The notes under the pieces are model-generated. The model did no database searches. It saw only the letters and a list, made by a program, of their open reading frames with translations, and was not told the DNA's origin. Shown piece by piece: positions 19,796-27,912 of a stretch of DNA of 64,000 nt. This stretch comes from Acidimicrobiales bacterium (GTDB taxonomy: Bacteria > Actinomycetota > Acidimicrobiia > Acidimicrobiales > CATQHL01): positions 852,575 through 916,574 of the forward strand of contig CBDCSG010000008.1 in NCBI GenBank assembly GCA_965221525.1. Direction: 5' to 3'. Every line of letters begins with the position of its first letter. Position 1 is the stretch's first letter. Both the position numbers and the translations under genes were made by a program.

Positions 19796-20722
19796 ATGCC
19801 CACGCCGCAACCAGCGATTTTTGCCGAGATGGGACAGCACCAGTGGTACGTCCACCTGAGCCGGGTGGACGGCGCCGACCTGGATCACATCAAGAGCGTG
19901 ATCGCCGACACCCGCGCCGCTGCCGACGCCGCCGGCGTCAACCTCGTGGTGGGCCTCGGACCCGGACTGCTGGCCGAACTCACCGACGAGGTCCCCGACG
20001 ACTTCCAGGACTTCGTGACCATCGAGTCCACCGACGGCAGCGGGCGCGAGGCCAAGGGCACCCAGGAGGAGTTGCTGTTCTGGCTGAACAGCCCCGACAA
20101 GGACAAGGTCTGGGAGACGCAGTACGACGCCCGCACCGCCCTGGCCGGCCACATGGTCGTGCCGCGCGACACGAACACCTTCATCCTGGGCGATTCGCTG
20201 GACATGACCGGGTTCATCGACGGCACCGGCAACCCCGAGCCCACCGACGAGCCCGAGGTGGCCCTGGTGCCCGACGGGTCGCCGGGCGCCGGCGGCAGCT
20301 TCATCCTCGCCCAGCGCTGGGTCCACGACCTCGATGGCTGGAACCAGATGAGCGTCGAGGAGCAGGAGAAGGTCTTTGGGCGCACCAAGGCCGAGAGCGA
20401 CCGGCTCGACCCGCAGGAGGACTTCTCGCACCTCAGCCACGTCGAGTTGCGCGAGGGAGCCACCGCGGACGCCTCCAAGCCGAAGCGCAACGAGATCGCC
20501 CGCCGCTCCACCCCCTACGCCTTCCACGGCGCCGTCTCCGTCGTGGGCCTGTACTTCATGGCCTTCTGCCGCGAGCAGGCGCCCTTCCGTGAGCGCCTGC
20601 GGGCCATGTACGGCCTTGACGGCGCCGGCGTGCGCGACCGGTTGACGGACTTCTCGAACCCCGCGTCGGGCTCGTTCTACTTCGCACCCTCGGTCGAGGC
20701 ACTCGACTCCATGCTCGCCTAG
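19796..20722 (+). CDS. Dyp-type (dye-decolorizing) heme peroxidase
   Basis: TGFIDGTGNP (GxxDG), QRWVHDL, FGRTK, proximal His (SHLSHV), IARRSTPY, GSFYFAPS. Confidence 0.92.
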   Translation: MPTPQPAIFAEMGQHQWYVHLSRVDGADLDHIKSVIADTRAAADAAGVNLVVGLGPGLLAELTDEVPDDFQDFVTIESTDGSGREAKGTQEELLFWLNSPDKDKVWETQYDARTALAGHMVVPRDTNTFILGDSLDMTGFIDGTGNPEPTDEPEVALVPDGSPGAGGSFILAQRWVHDLDGWNQMSVEEQEKVFGRTKAESDRLDPQEDFSHLSHVELREGATADASKPKRNEIARRSTPYAFHGAVSVVGLYFMAFCREQAPFRERLRAMYGLDGAGVRDRLTDFSNPASGSFYFAPSVEALDSMLA

Positions 20723-20749
20723 CGCCACCAGACCGGCGCTGAGCCGCTT

Positions 20750-20784
20750 TCGTGCCCCGGATCGCTCCGGGGCACGATCCTTTT
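20750..20784 (+). terminator. Intrinsic terminator-like hairpin after dyp
   Basis: TCGTGCCCCGGA-TCGC-TCCGGGGCACGA (12-bp stem) followed by TCCTTTT. Confidence 0.7.
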
Positions 20785-20867
20785 CGGCCCCGACCGGGCA
20801 CGATCGCGGCGCCGCGCCGGGTGCCGCGGTCGTCAGCGCCCCGGGCGGGGCCGGGTAGCGTGGCGGC

Positions 20868-21548
20868 GTGTGCGGGCGATTCGTTTCGGCGACCTCCCCT
20901 GAGGATCTGGCCGCCTACTTCGGGGCCCAACTCGACGACGTCGCCTCCCTCGACCCCAGCTACAACGTCGCGCCCACCAACGACGTGTACTCGGTGCTCG
21001 TGTCCGACGGCGTCCGCAGACTCTCCACCCTCCGGTGGGGCCTGATCCCGCCGTGGGCGAAGGACCCTCGCATCGGCAACCGCATGATCAATGCCCGCTC
21101 CGAGACCGTGGCCGACTCGAAGGCCTACCGGCGGCCCTTCCGGGCGCGCCGCTGCATCGTGGCCGCCGACGGCTTCTACGAGTGGGTGCCGGTTCCCGGC
21201 GAGCGGCACAAGCAACCCGTGTACATCCACCGCACCGACGGCCAGCCGCTGGCGTTCGCGGGACTCTGGGAGCGCTGGCAGCCGCCCGACGGTGACCTCC
21301 TGCGGTCGACGACGATCATCACGGGCCCCGCCAACGACCGGATCGCCGAGGTGCACGACCGGATGCCGATGGTGTTGCCGCCGAGCGCCTGGGAGCCGTG
21401 GCTCGACCCCGGCCTCGACGATCCGGTTGCCGCCGGGGAACTGCTGAGGCCCGCACCGCCGCAGTTGTTCACGTTCCACCCGGTCAGCCGGGACGTCAAC
21501 AACCCGCGCCGCAAGAGCCCCCACCTCATCGAACCGATCACCCCTTGA
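20868..21548 (+). CDS. SOS response-associated peptidase (SRAP/YedK/HMCES family)
   Basis: N-terminal MCGRF, SYNVAPT, INARSETV, DGFYEW, HDRMP. Confidence 0.95.
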   Translation: MCGRFVSATSPEDLAAYFGAQLDDVASLDPSYNVAPTNDVYSVLVSDGVRRLSTLRWGLIPPWAKDPRIGNRMINARSETVADSKAYRRPFRARRCIVAADGFYEWVPVPGERHKQPVYIHRTDGQPLAFAGLWERWQPPDGDLLRSTTIITGPANDRIAEVHDRMPMVLPPSAWEPWLDPGLDDPVAAGELLRPAPPQLFTFHPVSRDVNNPRRKSPHLIEPITP

Positions 21549-21556
21549 GGCAATCG

Positions 21557-23227
21557 ATGGTGCTCGCGCGACCTCCCGCGGCCCGCAGTCCCGCCTCGGC
21601 GCTCCCGGCCCGGGCCGGCTGGCGGTCGCGGCTGGAACGGGCGACCCTCCGCTGGCAGGCTCGGCTCGAGACCGCGGCCGTCGACAACGTGCTGCCCTGG
21701 CTCATGGCCCTCGTCCTGGGCGGTGCACTGGCGGGTCTCGCGCTGGCCCGTGCCTACTCGTTGCAGGCGGGAACGGACCTTGCCCTGTTCAATCAGAGCA
21801 TCTGGCAGGTGAGCCGCGGCTTCCGGCCCGACTCGACCCTCGTCGGCGGCGACTACCTGGCCCGGAACGGCTCGTTCATCATCTATCCCATCGCGGGCCT
21901 GGTGCGCTGGTTCCCGATCACCCCCGCCGTGCTGGCCCTCCAGTCCTCGGCGCTCGCGCTCGGGCTCGTCCCCCTGTGGCGCATCGCTCGCCGCCGGGCG
22001 AACCTGAAGGTGGCGCCGGCGTCCGCGGTCGCATTCGCCTACGCCTGCTACGCCGCCCTGCACAACGCCAACCTCGACGGCTTCCATCCGGAGACGCTGG
22101 CCCTGCCGGCGCTGCTGGGCGCCGTCTACTACGGGCTCGCGGCGCGCTGGGTGCCCTTCGGCATGCTCGTGGCGGTGGTGCTGGCGTGCCGCTCGGAACT
22201 CGGCTGGGTCGTGGCGGTGCTGGGGTTGGTGCTGGCGGTCGAGCTCCGCCGCCGGCCGGCCGCCGGAACCGAACCCGAGCGGGCGCCCTCGCCGTGGTGG
22301 ACGCCGGTGGGAGTCGGCCGCGAGCTGCTCACGATCTCGGGGCGGCACTCGCGCACCGCGCTCATCTGGGCGTTCGTGGGGCTCATCTGGGCGCTGCTGG
22401 CAATCGAGACGATCCAGCCGATCCTGGCCGGGGGCGAGTTCCCGCACCTGGCCCGCTACGCCGAGTACGGCGACTCCAGCACCGCGGACGTCATGTGGGG
22501 GATCCTGCGGCAACCGCACGTGTTCCTCGGCAACCTGGTGACGCAGGAGAACTTCCTCGTTGGCGTCACGTTGCTTGCGCCGGTGCTGTTCCTGCCGCTC
22601 GTGGAGTTGCGCTACCTGATGCCCGCCGTGCCCTTCTTCGTGCTGCAGCTTGCGTCGGACACTCCCGAGGCTCTGCTGGCCGAGTCGGTGCCGGTGGCGG
22701 CGTTCGTGCTGGTGGCGACCGTGTTCGCATTGCGGCGGGCGGGCGCCGTGCTGGTGCGGCGGGTCCGGGTCAACCGCCGGCTCGTGGTGACGCTGGTGCT
22801 GGCGACGGCCATCTTCTTCGTGCGCGACGCCGGCAGCTCGCCGTTCCACGCTCCCTGGGGCTGGACGCGAGACGCTGCCGACGCCGACCGCCTGGCGGCC
22901 GTCGAACAGATCCCCGACGACGCCGCGGTCCGGGCCTCGGGTCCGCTGTTGCCGCTCCTGGCCGAGCGGAACGTCCTGTTCGAACTGGAGGCGGGCGGGA
23001 CGTCGGCACGTGTCGACGCGCAACGCGCTGTCGCCGGCGTGGGATGGATCGCCCTCGATCTCGCCTCGGCGCCGCACTGGGGGTCGGAGTCCCTGGAAGT
23101 CGAACGGTTCGACACCACGCTGCGCCAGCAGGGCTGGGAGCGTGTCTTCGCCGCCGAGCAGGTGAGGGTGTATCGCTACAGCGGCCAGGACGCGGTGGCG
23201 CCGCCGCCGGCGCCGGGCAACACCTAG
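21557..23227 (+). CDS. DUF2079-like polytopic membrane protein (GT-C type glycosyltransferase-like)
   Basis: Multiple TM helices; DLALFNQSIWQ and GFHPETLALP motifs. Confidence 0.7.
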   Translation: MVLARPPAARSPASALPARAGWRSRLERATLRWQARLETAAVDNVLPWLMALVLGGALAGLALARAYSLQAGTDLALFNQSIWQVSRGFRPDSTLVGGDYLARNGSFIIYPIAGLVRWFPITPAVLALQSSALALGLVPLWRIARRRANLKVAPASAVAFAYACYAALHNANLDGFHPETLALPALLGAVYYGLAARWVPFGMLVAVVLACRSELGWVVAVLGLVLAVELRRRPAAGTEPERAPSPWWTPVGVGRELLTISGRHSRTALIWAFVGLIWALLAIETIQPILAGGEFPHLARYAEYGDSSTADVMWGILRQPHVFLGNLVTQENFLVGVTLLAPVLFLPLVELRYLMPAVPFFVLQLASDTPEALLAESVPVAAFVLVATVFALRRAGAVLVRRVRVNRRLVVTLVLATAIFFVRDAGSSPFHAPWGWTRDAADADRLAAVEQIPDDAAVRASGPLLPLLAERNVLFELEAGGTSARVDAQRAVAGVGWIALDLASAPHWGSESLEVERFDTTLRQQGWERVFAAEQVRVYRYSGQDAVAPPPAPGNT

Positions 23228-23628
23228 CCGTCCCAGCCCAGGGCGTCTCGCAGCCGGGCCGCGTTCGCGGCCAGTTCGGCCTGCTCGACGCTCGCCGCCG
23301 CATTGGCGAAGTCCAGGTCGCTCATCGAGTCGGCGCCGAAGACGTGCAGGTGGACGTGCGGGACCTCGAAGCCGGCCATCACCGTCGCCACCCGCTGCGT
23401 GCCGAAGGTGTCCATGATCGCCCGGCCCACCCGGTGCGCCACCTCGGTCAGGTGCATGTTCGTCTCGACGTCGAGGTCGAGCCAGTGGTCCACCTCGGCG
23501 ACCGGGACGACCAGGGAGTGGCCGGGGGTGAGCGGGTTGATGGTCAGGAAGACGGCGCAGCGGTCGTCCCGCCAGACGAAGTGCCCCGGTAGCTCGCCCC
23601 TCAGAATGAGCGTGAACAGCGTCGCCAT
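23224..23628 (-). CDS. HIT family hydrolase
   Basis: MATLFTLILRGELP, GHSLVVP, EVPHVHLHV histidine triad. Confidence 0.93.
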   Translation of the reverse strand: MATLFTLILRGELPGHFVWRDDRCAVFLTINPLTPGHSLVVPVAEVDHWLDLDVETNMHLTEVAHRVGRAIMDTFGTQRVATVMAGFEVPHVHLHVFGADSMSDLDFANAAASVEQAELAANAARLRDALGWDG

Positions 23629-23686
23629 GGTGCCCTCCCTGCTTTCCCGGAGCCGTGCGGCCGGCACTGCACGGTACTCTCCTGCC

Positions 23687-24298
23687 GTGCGCGTCGAGAA
23701 CCTTCGCGGTCAACTGTGGACGGTTCCCAACCTGGTCACGTTCGGGCGGTTGGCGTGCATCCCGATCTTCTGCTGGCTCCTGTTCGGCGTCGACAGCCGG
23801 ATGGCGGCAGGCATCCTCCTCGGCGCGCTCGGCGCCAGCGACTTCCTCGACGGGTTCCTGGCCCGGCGGCTCGACCAGGCCACCGAACTCGGCGCCATCC
23901 TCGATCCCGTTGCCGACCGGCTCATGTTCTTCGCCGCCGTGATCGCCATGGCCGTCAACGGCGACGTGGCGCTGTGGTTCGCGATCGTGGCCCTCGTGCG
24001 CGAGTTCGGGCTCTCCGTGGGGACGCTGGTCCTCGCCGGCCGCGGCGTGGGTTGGCTGGGGGTCAACCCGTGGGGCAAGGCCGGCAGCTTCGGCCTGATG
24101 TTCGCCTTCCCGATGTTCCTGCTGGGCTCGGCCGACATCCCCGGCGCCGGGGGCTGGACGATCTCCGGGTGGGTCTGGGGGATTCCCTCCCTCGCCATCG
24201 CCTGGTACGGGGCGTACCGGTACGTGCCTGCCGGTCGCGCCGCGCTGGCGGAACTGCAGCAGCAGGACTCGCAGGCGCCACCGGCGGGCGAGTCCTGA
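23687..24298 (+). CDS. CDP-alcohol phosphatidyltransferase (PgsA2-like)
   Basis: TVPNLVTFGR, SDFLDGFLARRLDQATELGAILDPVADR signature. Confidence 0.93.
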   Translation: MRVENLRGQLWTVPNLVTFGRLACIPIFCWLLFGVDSRMAAGILLGALGASDFLDGFLARRLDQATELGAILDPVADRLMFFAAVIAMAVNGDVALWFAIVALVREFGLSVGTLVLAGRGVGWLGVNPWGKAGSFGLMFAFPMFLLGSADIPGAGGWTISGWVWGIPSLAIAWYGAYRYVPAGRAALAELQQQDSQAPPAGES

Positions 24299-24403
24299 GA
24301 CCATCGGGCGACCTCGGTCGTTGATGGTGACCACACGGCGGTGGGGTAGCGTGAAACCGATGGTGGATCGGGAGCGGCGACGGACAGGGATGCTCGGAGT
24401 CCG

Positions 24404-24796
24404 GTGAGCGTCCCCGAGCTTCTGCGGTACTCCGAGGATCACGGCTGGGTCGCTCCGCCGGGCGAGGGGCCGGAGGGCCACGCGCGTGTCGGCCTCACCG
24501 ACTACGGCCAGGATCTCCTCGGTGAGGTCGAATTCGTCGACCTCCCGGCACCCGGCAGCCATCTCCGAGCCGGGGACCTCATGGCCGAGATCGAAGCCCG
24601 GAAGGCCACCAGCGAGCTGTACTCGCCGCTGGGCGGGCGGGTCGTGGCCGTCAACGAGTCGTTGCTCGATTCACCCGGGGCCATCAACAGCGACCCCTAC
24701 GGCGAGGGCTGGCTCTGCATCGTCGCCCCCGACGACGCCGGCGACATCGACCGGTTGATGGACCCCGGCGCCTACGCGAGGTTCGTCGATGGCTGA
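24404..24796 (+). CDS. gcvH: Glycine cleavage system H protein
   Basis: LRYSEDHGW, VGLTDYGQDLLGEV, lipoyl-Lys EARKATSELYSP, INSDPYGEGW. Confidence 0.92.
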   Translation: MSVPELLRYSEDHGWVAPPGEGPEGHARVGLTDYGQDLLGEVEFVDLPAPGSHLRAGDLMAEIEARKATSELYSPLGGRVVAVNESLLDSPGAINSDPYGEGWLCIVAPDDAGDIDRLMDPGAYARFVDG

Positions 24797-25514
24797 TGAG
24801 AGGCTCGCCCCGATCGGCGAGGTCGTCGATTCCCTGCGCGGCGACTTCCCGGACGTGTCGGTCTCCAAGTTGCGCTTCCTCGAGAGCCAGGGGCTCATCA
24901 CGCCGCAACGGACCGCCAAGGGATACCGGAAGTACTCCCGCACCGACGTGGCCAAGCTGCGCTGGATCCTGACGCAGCAGCGCGAGAACTTCCTGCCGCT
25001 GCGGGTCATCCGCGAGCGCATGGCGTCGGTGGAATGGGGCGCCCGCGTCGACGAGGAGGAGGAGAGCCGCCTGCCGGACGTGGACGTCAGCGACCGGGTC
25101 CGCCGGCTCGCGCCGTCTCCCGCGTCTCCCGACCCCGGGAGCGCGGGGATGACGCTGCCGCAACTCGCCAAGGCCAGCGGGCTCTCGCTGTCGCAGGCGC
25201 GGGAACTGACGCGCTACGGCCTGCTGGTTCCCCGCTCCACCGCCGACATCGACTTCTACGACGCGCACGCCTTGGAGGTGGCGCGCATCGCACGGCAGAT
25301 GTTCGACCAGGGGCTGGAGCCGCGGCACCTGCGCGTCTTCAAGGCGTCGGTCGAGCGCGAGCTGGATCTGTCCACCCCGGCGGTGCAGCGCATGCTGCAA
25401 CTCGGCGGCGGCGACGCCCAGCGCCGGGCGCGGGACCTGCTGGCCACGCAGGCGGCGCTCGCCTCCACGCTGCGCGAGGCCCTCGTGCGCCGCGCGCTGC
25501 AGAACCTCACCTGA
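24789..25514 (+). CDS. MerR-family regulator (Rv1828/FtsR-like)
   Basis: IGEVV..FPDVSVSKLRFLESQGLITPQRT..GYRKY; GLEPRHLR. Confidence 0.88.
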   Translation: MADERLAPIGEVVDSLRGDFPDVSVSKLRFLESQGLITPQRTAKGYRKYSRTDVAKLRWILTQQRENFLPLRVIRERMASVEWGARVDEEEESRLPDVDVSDRVRRLAPSPASPDPGSAGMTLPQLAKASGLSLSQARELTRYGLLVPRSTADIDFYDAHALEVARIARQMFDQGLEPRHLRVFKASVERELDLSTPAVQRMLQLGGGDAQRRARDLLATQAALASTLREALVRRALQNLT

Positions 25515-25516
25515 CC

Positions 25517-26143
25517 GTGGGGCCGACCGGGACCGGGACAGCCGCCGCCCGACTCACCGGCGGCAAGGTGTACGGCGCCGGTCTCATCGCCGAGCGCACC
25601 CGGGCGCTCGGATCGGCCATCACCGACGACTATGACTCGCGCCTCGCGGACGGGGCGGCCGTCGTCCTCGTCGGCGTTCTGCGCGGCTGCCTCCCGTTCC
25701 TCGCCGACCTCGCCCGATCGATCCGTCTCGACCTCGAGGTGGACTTCCTCGCCATCTCCCGGTTCGCTCCGAACTCGGGGCGCGTGCGCATCACCCGCGA
25801 CCTCGACATCGACATCGGCGGGCGCCACGTGCTGATCGTCGAGGACATCGTCGACAGTGGACTCAGCGTGGGCTTCCTGACCGGCGAGCTACGCCGGCGC
25901 GGCCCCCTGTCCGTGGAGGTGTGCACGCTCGTCGACCGCCAGGCGCGGCGCATCCTGCCGCTCGAGGCGCGCTACGCGGGCTTCACGGTGGACGACTCGT
26001 TCCTGGTCGGCTACGGGCTCGACTACCAGGGTCGCTACGGCAATCTCCCGGACCTGCGGGCGGTCGACCGTCACGCCCTGGAGCGGGATCCGGACGCATT
26101 CGTGGGCGCCCTCTACGCGCCGGAGGCGGCCGGCAGCGGCTAG
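25517..26143 (+). CDS. Hypoxanthine phosphoribosyltransferase-like protein (divergent)
   Basis: VLIVEDIVDSGLS PRPP loop, FLVGYGLDY..YGNLP; start uncertain. Confidence 0.85.
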   Translation: MGPTGTGTAAARLTGGKVYGAGLIAERTRALGSAITDDYDSRLADGAAVVLVGVLRGCLPFLADLARSIRLDLEVDFLAISRFAPNSGRVRITRDLDIDIGGRHVLIVEDIVDSGLSVGFLTGELRRRGPLSVEVCTLVDRQARRILPLEARYAGFTVDDSFLVGYGLDYQGRYGNLPDLRAVDRHALERDPDAFVGALYAPEAAGSG

Positions 26144-26198
26144 CGGCGGCGCCCGTGCCCTATGGGGTGCTCACGGCGTCTGCGGCTATTGTCTGAGC

Positions 26199-26717
26199 GT
26201 GATCGAGATGGATCTCGTCGGGGTGAGAATCGAACTGCCCACGAACACCCCCATCCTCCTGCTCCGCGAGCAGGCGCCGAACCCGCGCCTGCTTCCCATC
26301 TTCATCGGTGCGCCCGAGGCCACGGCCATCGCGCTCGCCCTCGAGGGTGTCGAGGTGCCGCGCCCCATGACGCACGATCTGATCAAGGTGATTCTCGACC
26401 ACATCGGCGTGGCGCTCGAGCGCGTCGTCGTGACCGAACTGCGCGACAAGACGTTCTTCGCCGAGTTGGAACTCGGCGAGAACGGCACGACGCGGCGGGT
26501 GTCGTGCCGTCCCTCCGATGCGATCGCCGTGGCGGTGCGCTGCGGTGCCCCCATCTTCGCCGCCGAGGAGGTTCTGGAGGACGCCGGCTACTGGGAGCCC
26601 GAGGACGCCGAGGAGCCCGAGGACGGCCCGGCGGACGCCGAGACCGATCCCGACGAGGTCGTCGAGCAGTTCCGCGAGTTCATCGACACCGTCCGCCCGG
26701 AGGACTTCGAGTCCTAG
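26199..26717 (+). CDS. Bifunctional nuclease family protein (DUF151/BFN)
   Basis: LPIFIGAPEATAIA, PRPMTHDL, CRPSDAIAVAVR, QFREFIDTVRPEDF. Confidence 0.93.
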   Translation: MIEMDLVGVRIELPTNTPILLLREQAPNPRLLPIFIGAPEATAIALALEGVEVPRPMTHDLIKVILDHIGVALERVVVTELRDKTFFAELELGENGTTRRVSCRPSDAIAVAVRCGAPIFAAEEVLEDAGYWEPEDAEEPEDGPADAETDPDEVVEQFREFIDTVRPEDFES

Positions 26718-26950
26718 CCCCGGCTGCCCGGGTGGGGGCTCGGGGTGCCGCTCTGCTCCTCCACGCACGGCGAAAGTCGTCGCAGCCCGGCCCCCCGACC
26801 CCCCACCCTCCTCTTGGTGGGCCTATTGCGCCTGGTCTCGGGGTTCGTCGGGGCTGTTGTGGGGGAGGGGAGGGAGAGATTTCCACAGGCTGGCGCGAAT
26901 TGCAGTAGAGTAGTTACACCCCTGAACGCAAACTCTCGGAGGGGACGTTC

Positions 26951-27484
26951 ATGAGCGACAACGTCGTGCGTAGCTACACGTCGAAGCAGACCCAGGAGAT
27001 CGCGGGCATCACGTACCGCCAACTCGACTACTGGGCTCGGACCGGTCTCGTGCAGCCGTCGGTTGCCGCGGCGCTCGGGAGCGGCAGTCGCCGCGCCTAC
27101 TCCTACGGAGATCTGGTCAAGCTGCGGATCATCAAGGACCTGCTCGACCGGGGTGTCGGTCTGCAGCAGATCAGGGACGTATTCCGCAACCACGAGAACA
27201 TCCTCGACGAGGATCTCGCCGGTGGCAGGCTCGTGATCAGCGGGGACGAGGTCCTCTTCATGACCAGCACGGACGAGTTGGTGGCGCTGGTCCAGCGCCC
27301 CGGCCAGCAGGCGCTGGCGCTCATCATGCTGGAGGTCGAGGGCATCAAGGAGCAGCTCGACGGCGCCATCGTGAGCGAACTCGGCCGGTGGCGCGACGGG
27401 GAAGGCGAAACGGCTGTCCGGGAGGACTCGCCCGCCGCGGGGGAATCCCCCGCAGGCGAGGCGGACGCCGGATACGGCGGCTGA
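26951..27484 (+). CDS. MerR-family regulator (Rv1830-like)
   Basis: AGITYRQLDYWARTGLVQPSV..GSGSRRAYSYGDL..LLDRGVGLQQIR; GGAGGGG RBS. Confidence 0.9.
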   Translation: MSDNVVRSYTSKQTQEIAGITYRQLDYWARTGLVQPSVAAALGSGSRRAYSYGDLVKLRIIKDLLDRGVGLQQIRDVFRNHENILDEDLAGGRLVISGDEVLFMTSTDELVALVQRPGQQALALIMLEVEGIKEQLDGAIVSELGRWRDGEGETAVREDSPAAGESPAGEADAGYGG

Positions 27485-27518
27485 GGGCACCGTCGCCGCA
27501 TCAACCTGGCTCCACGGC

Positions 27519-27878
27519 GTGAAGCAATCGGTTCCCGCCGCCGGCGAGGGCGGGGCCGGATTCGCCCATGCGTCCGAGCGGGCGTTCAGTGAGTTGCTCG
27601 ACTTCTACGGCGTGGCGTGGGAGTACGAGCCCACCACGTTCGTCCTGGAACGAGATGCCACCGGGCGGGTTCTCGAGGCGTTCACCCCGGACTTCTACCT
27701 CCCCGGCTACGACGTGTACGTCGAGTTGACGACGCTGAAGCAGAAGCTCGTCACCCGCAAGAACCGCAAGGTCCGCAAGCTGAGAACGAGCTATCCGGAC
27801 GTCCGCGTGAAGATGCTGTATCGGCAGGCCACGCTGGGGCTGCTGGCCAAGTACTCCCAGGAGCCGGTTCTGGTCTGA
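27519..27878 (+). CDS. Small PD-(D/E)xK nuclease-fold-like protein
   Basis: SE..F..LLD..GV.WEYEP...FTPDFYLP..DVYVELTT resembles the restriction endonuclease / phage endonuclease I core. Confidence 0.7.
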   Translation: MKQSVPAAGEGGAGFAHASERAFSELLDFYGVAWEYEPTTFVLERDATGRVLEAFTPDFYLPGYDVYVELTTLKQKLVTRKNRKVRKLRTSYPDVRVKMLYRQATLGLLAKYSQEPVLV

Positions 27879-27912
27879 GCGGCGGCCCGCGGTGCGGGTT
27901 CGCAGCGCCGGC

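Noticed and set aside
19796-20722. Dyp peroxidase as encapsulin cargo
   Set aside because: No C-terminal targeting peptide (GSLxIGSL-like) and no encapsulin gene nearby.
21176-24562. Very long antisense or alternative-frame ORFs (e.g. 1128 aa here, also 12111-14798, 7435-9555, 59740-61839)
   Set aside because: Shadow ORFs typical of high-GC DNA; they overlap well-supported genes and have Arg/Pro/Gly-rich non-protein-like composition.
26879-26888. DnaA box (ATTTCCACA)
   Set aside because: A single imperfect match with no cluster or origin-associated genes.
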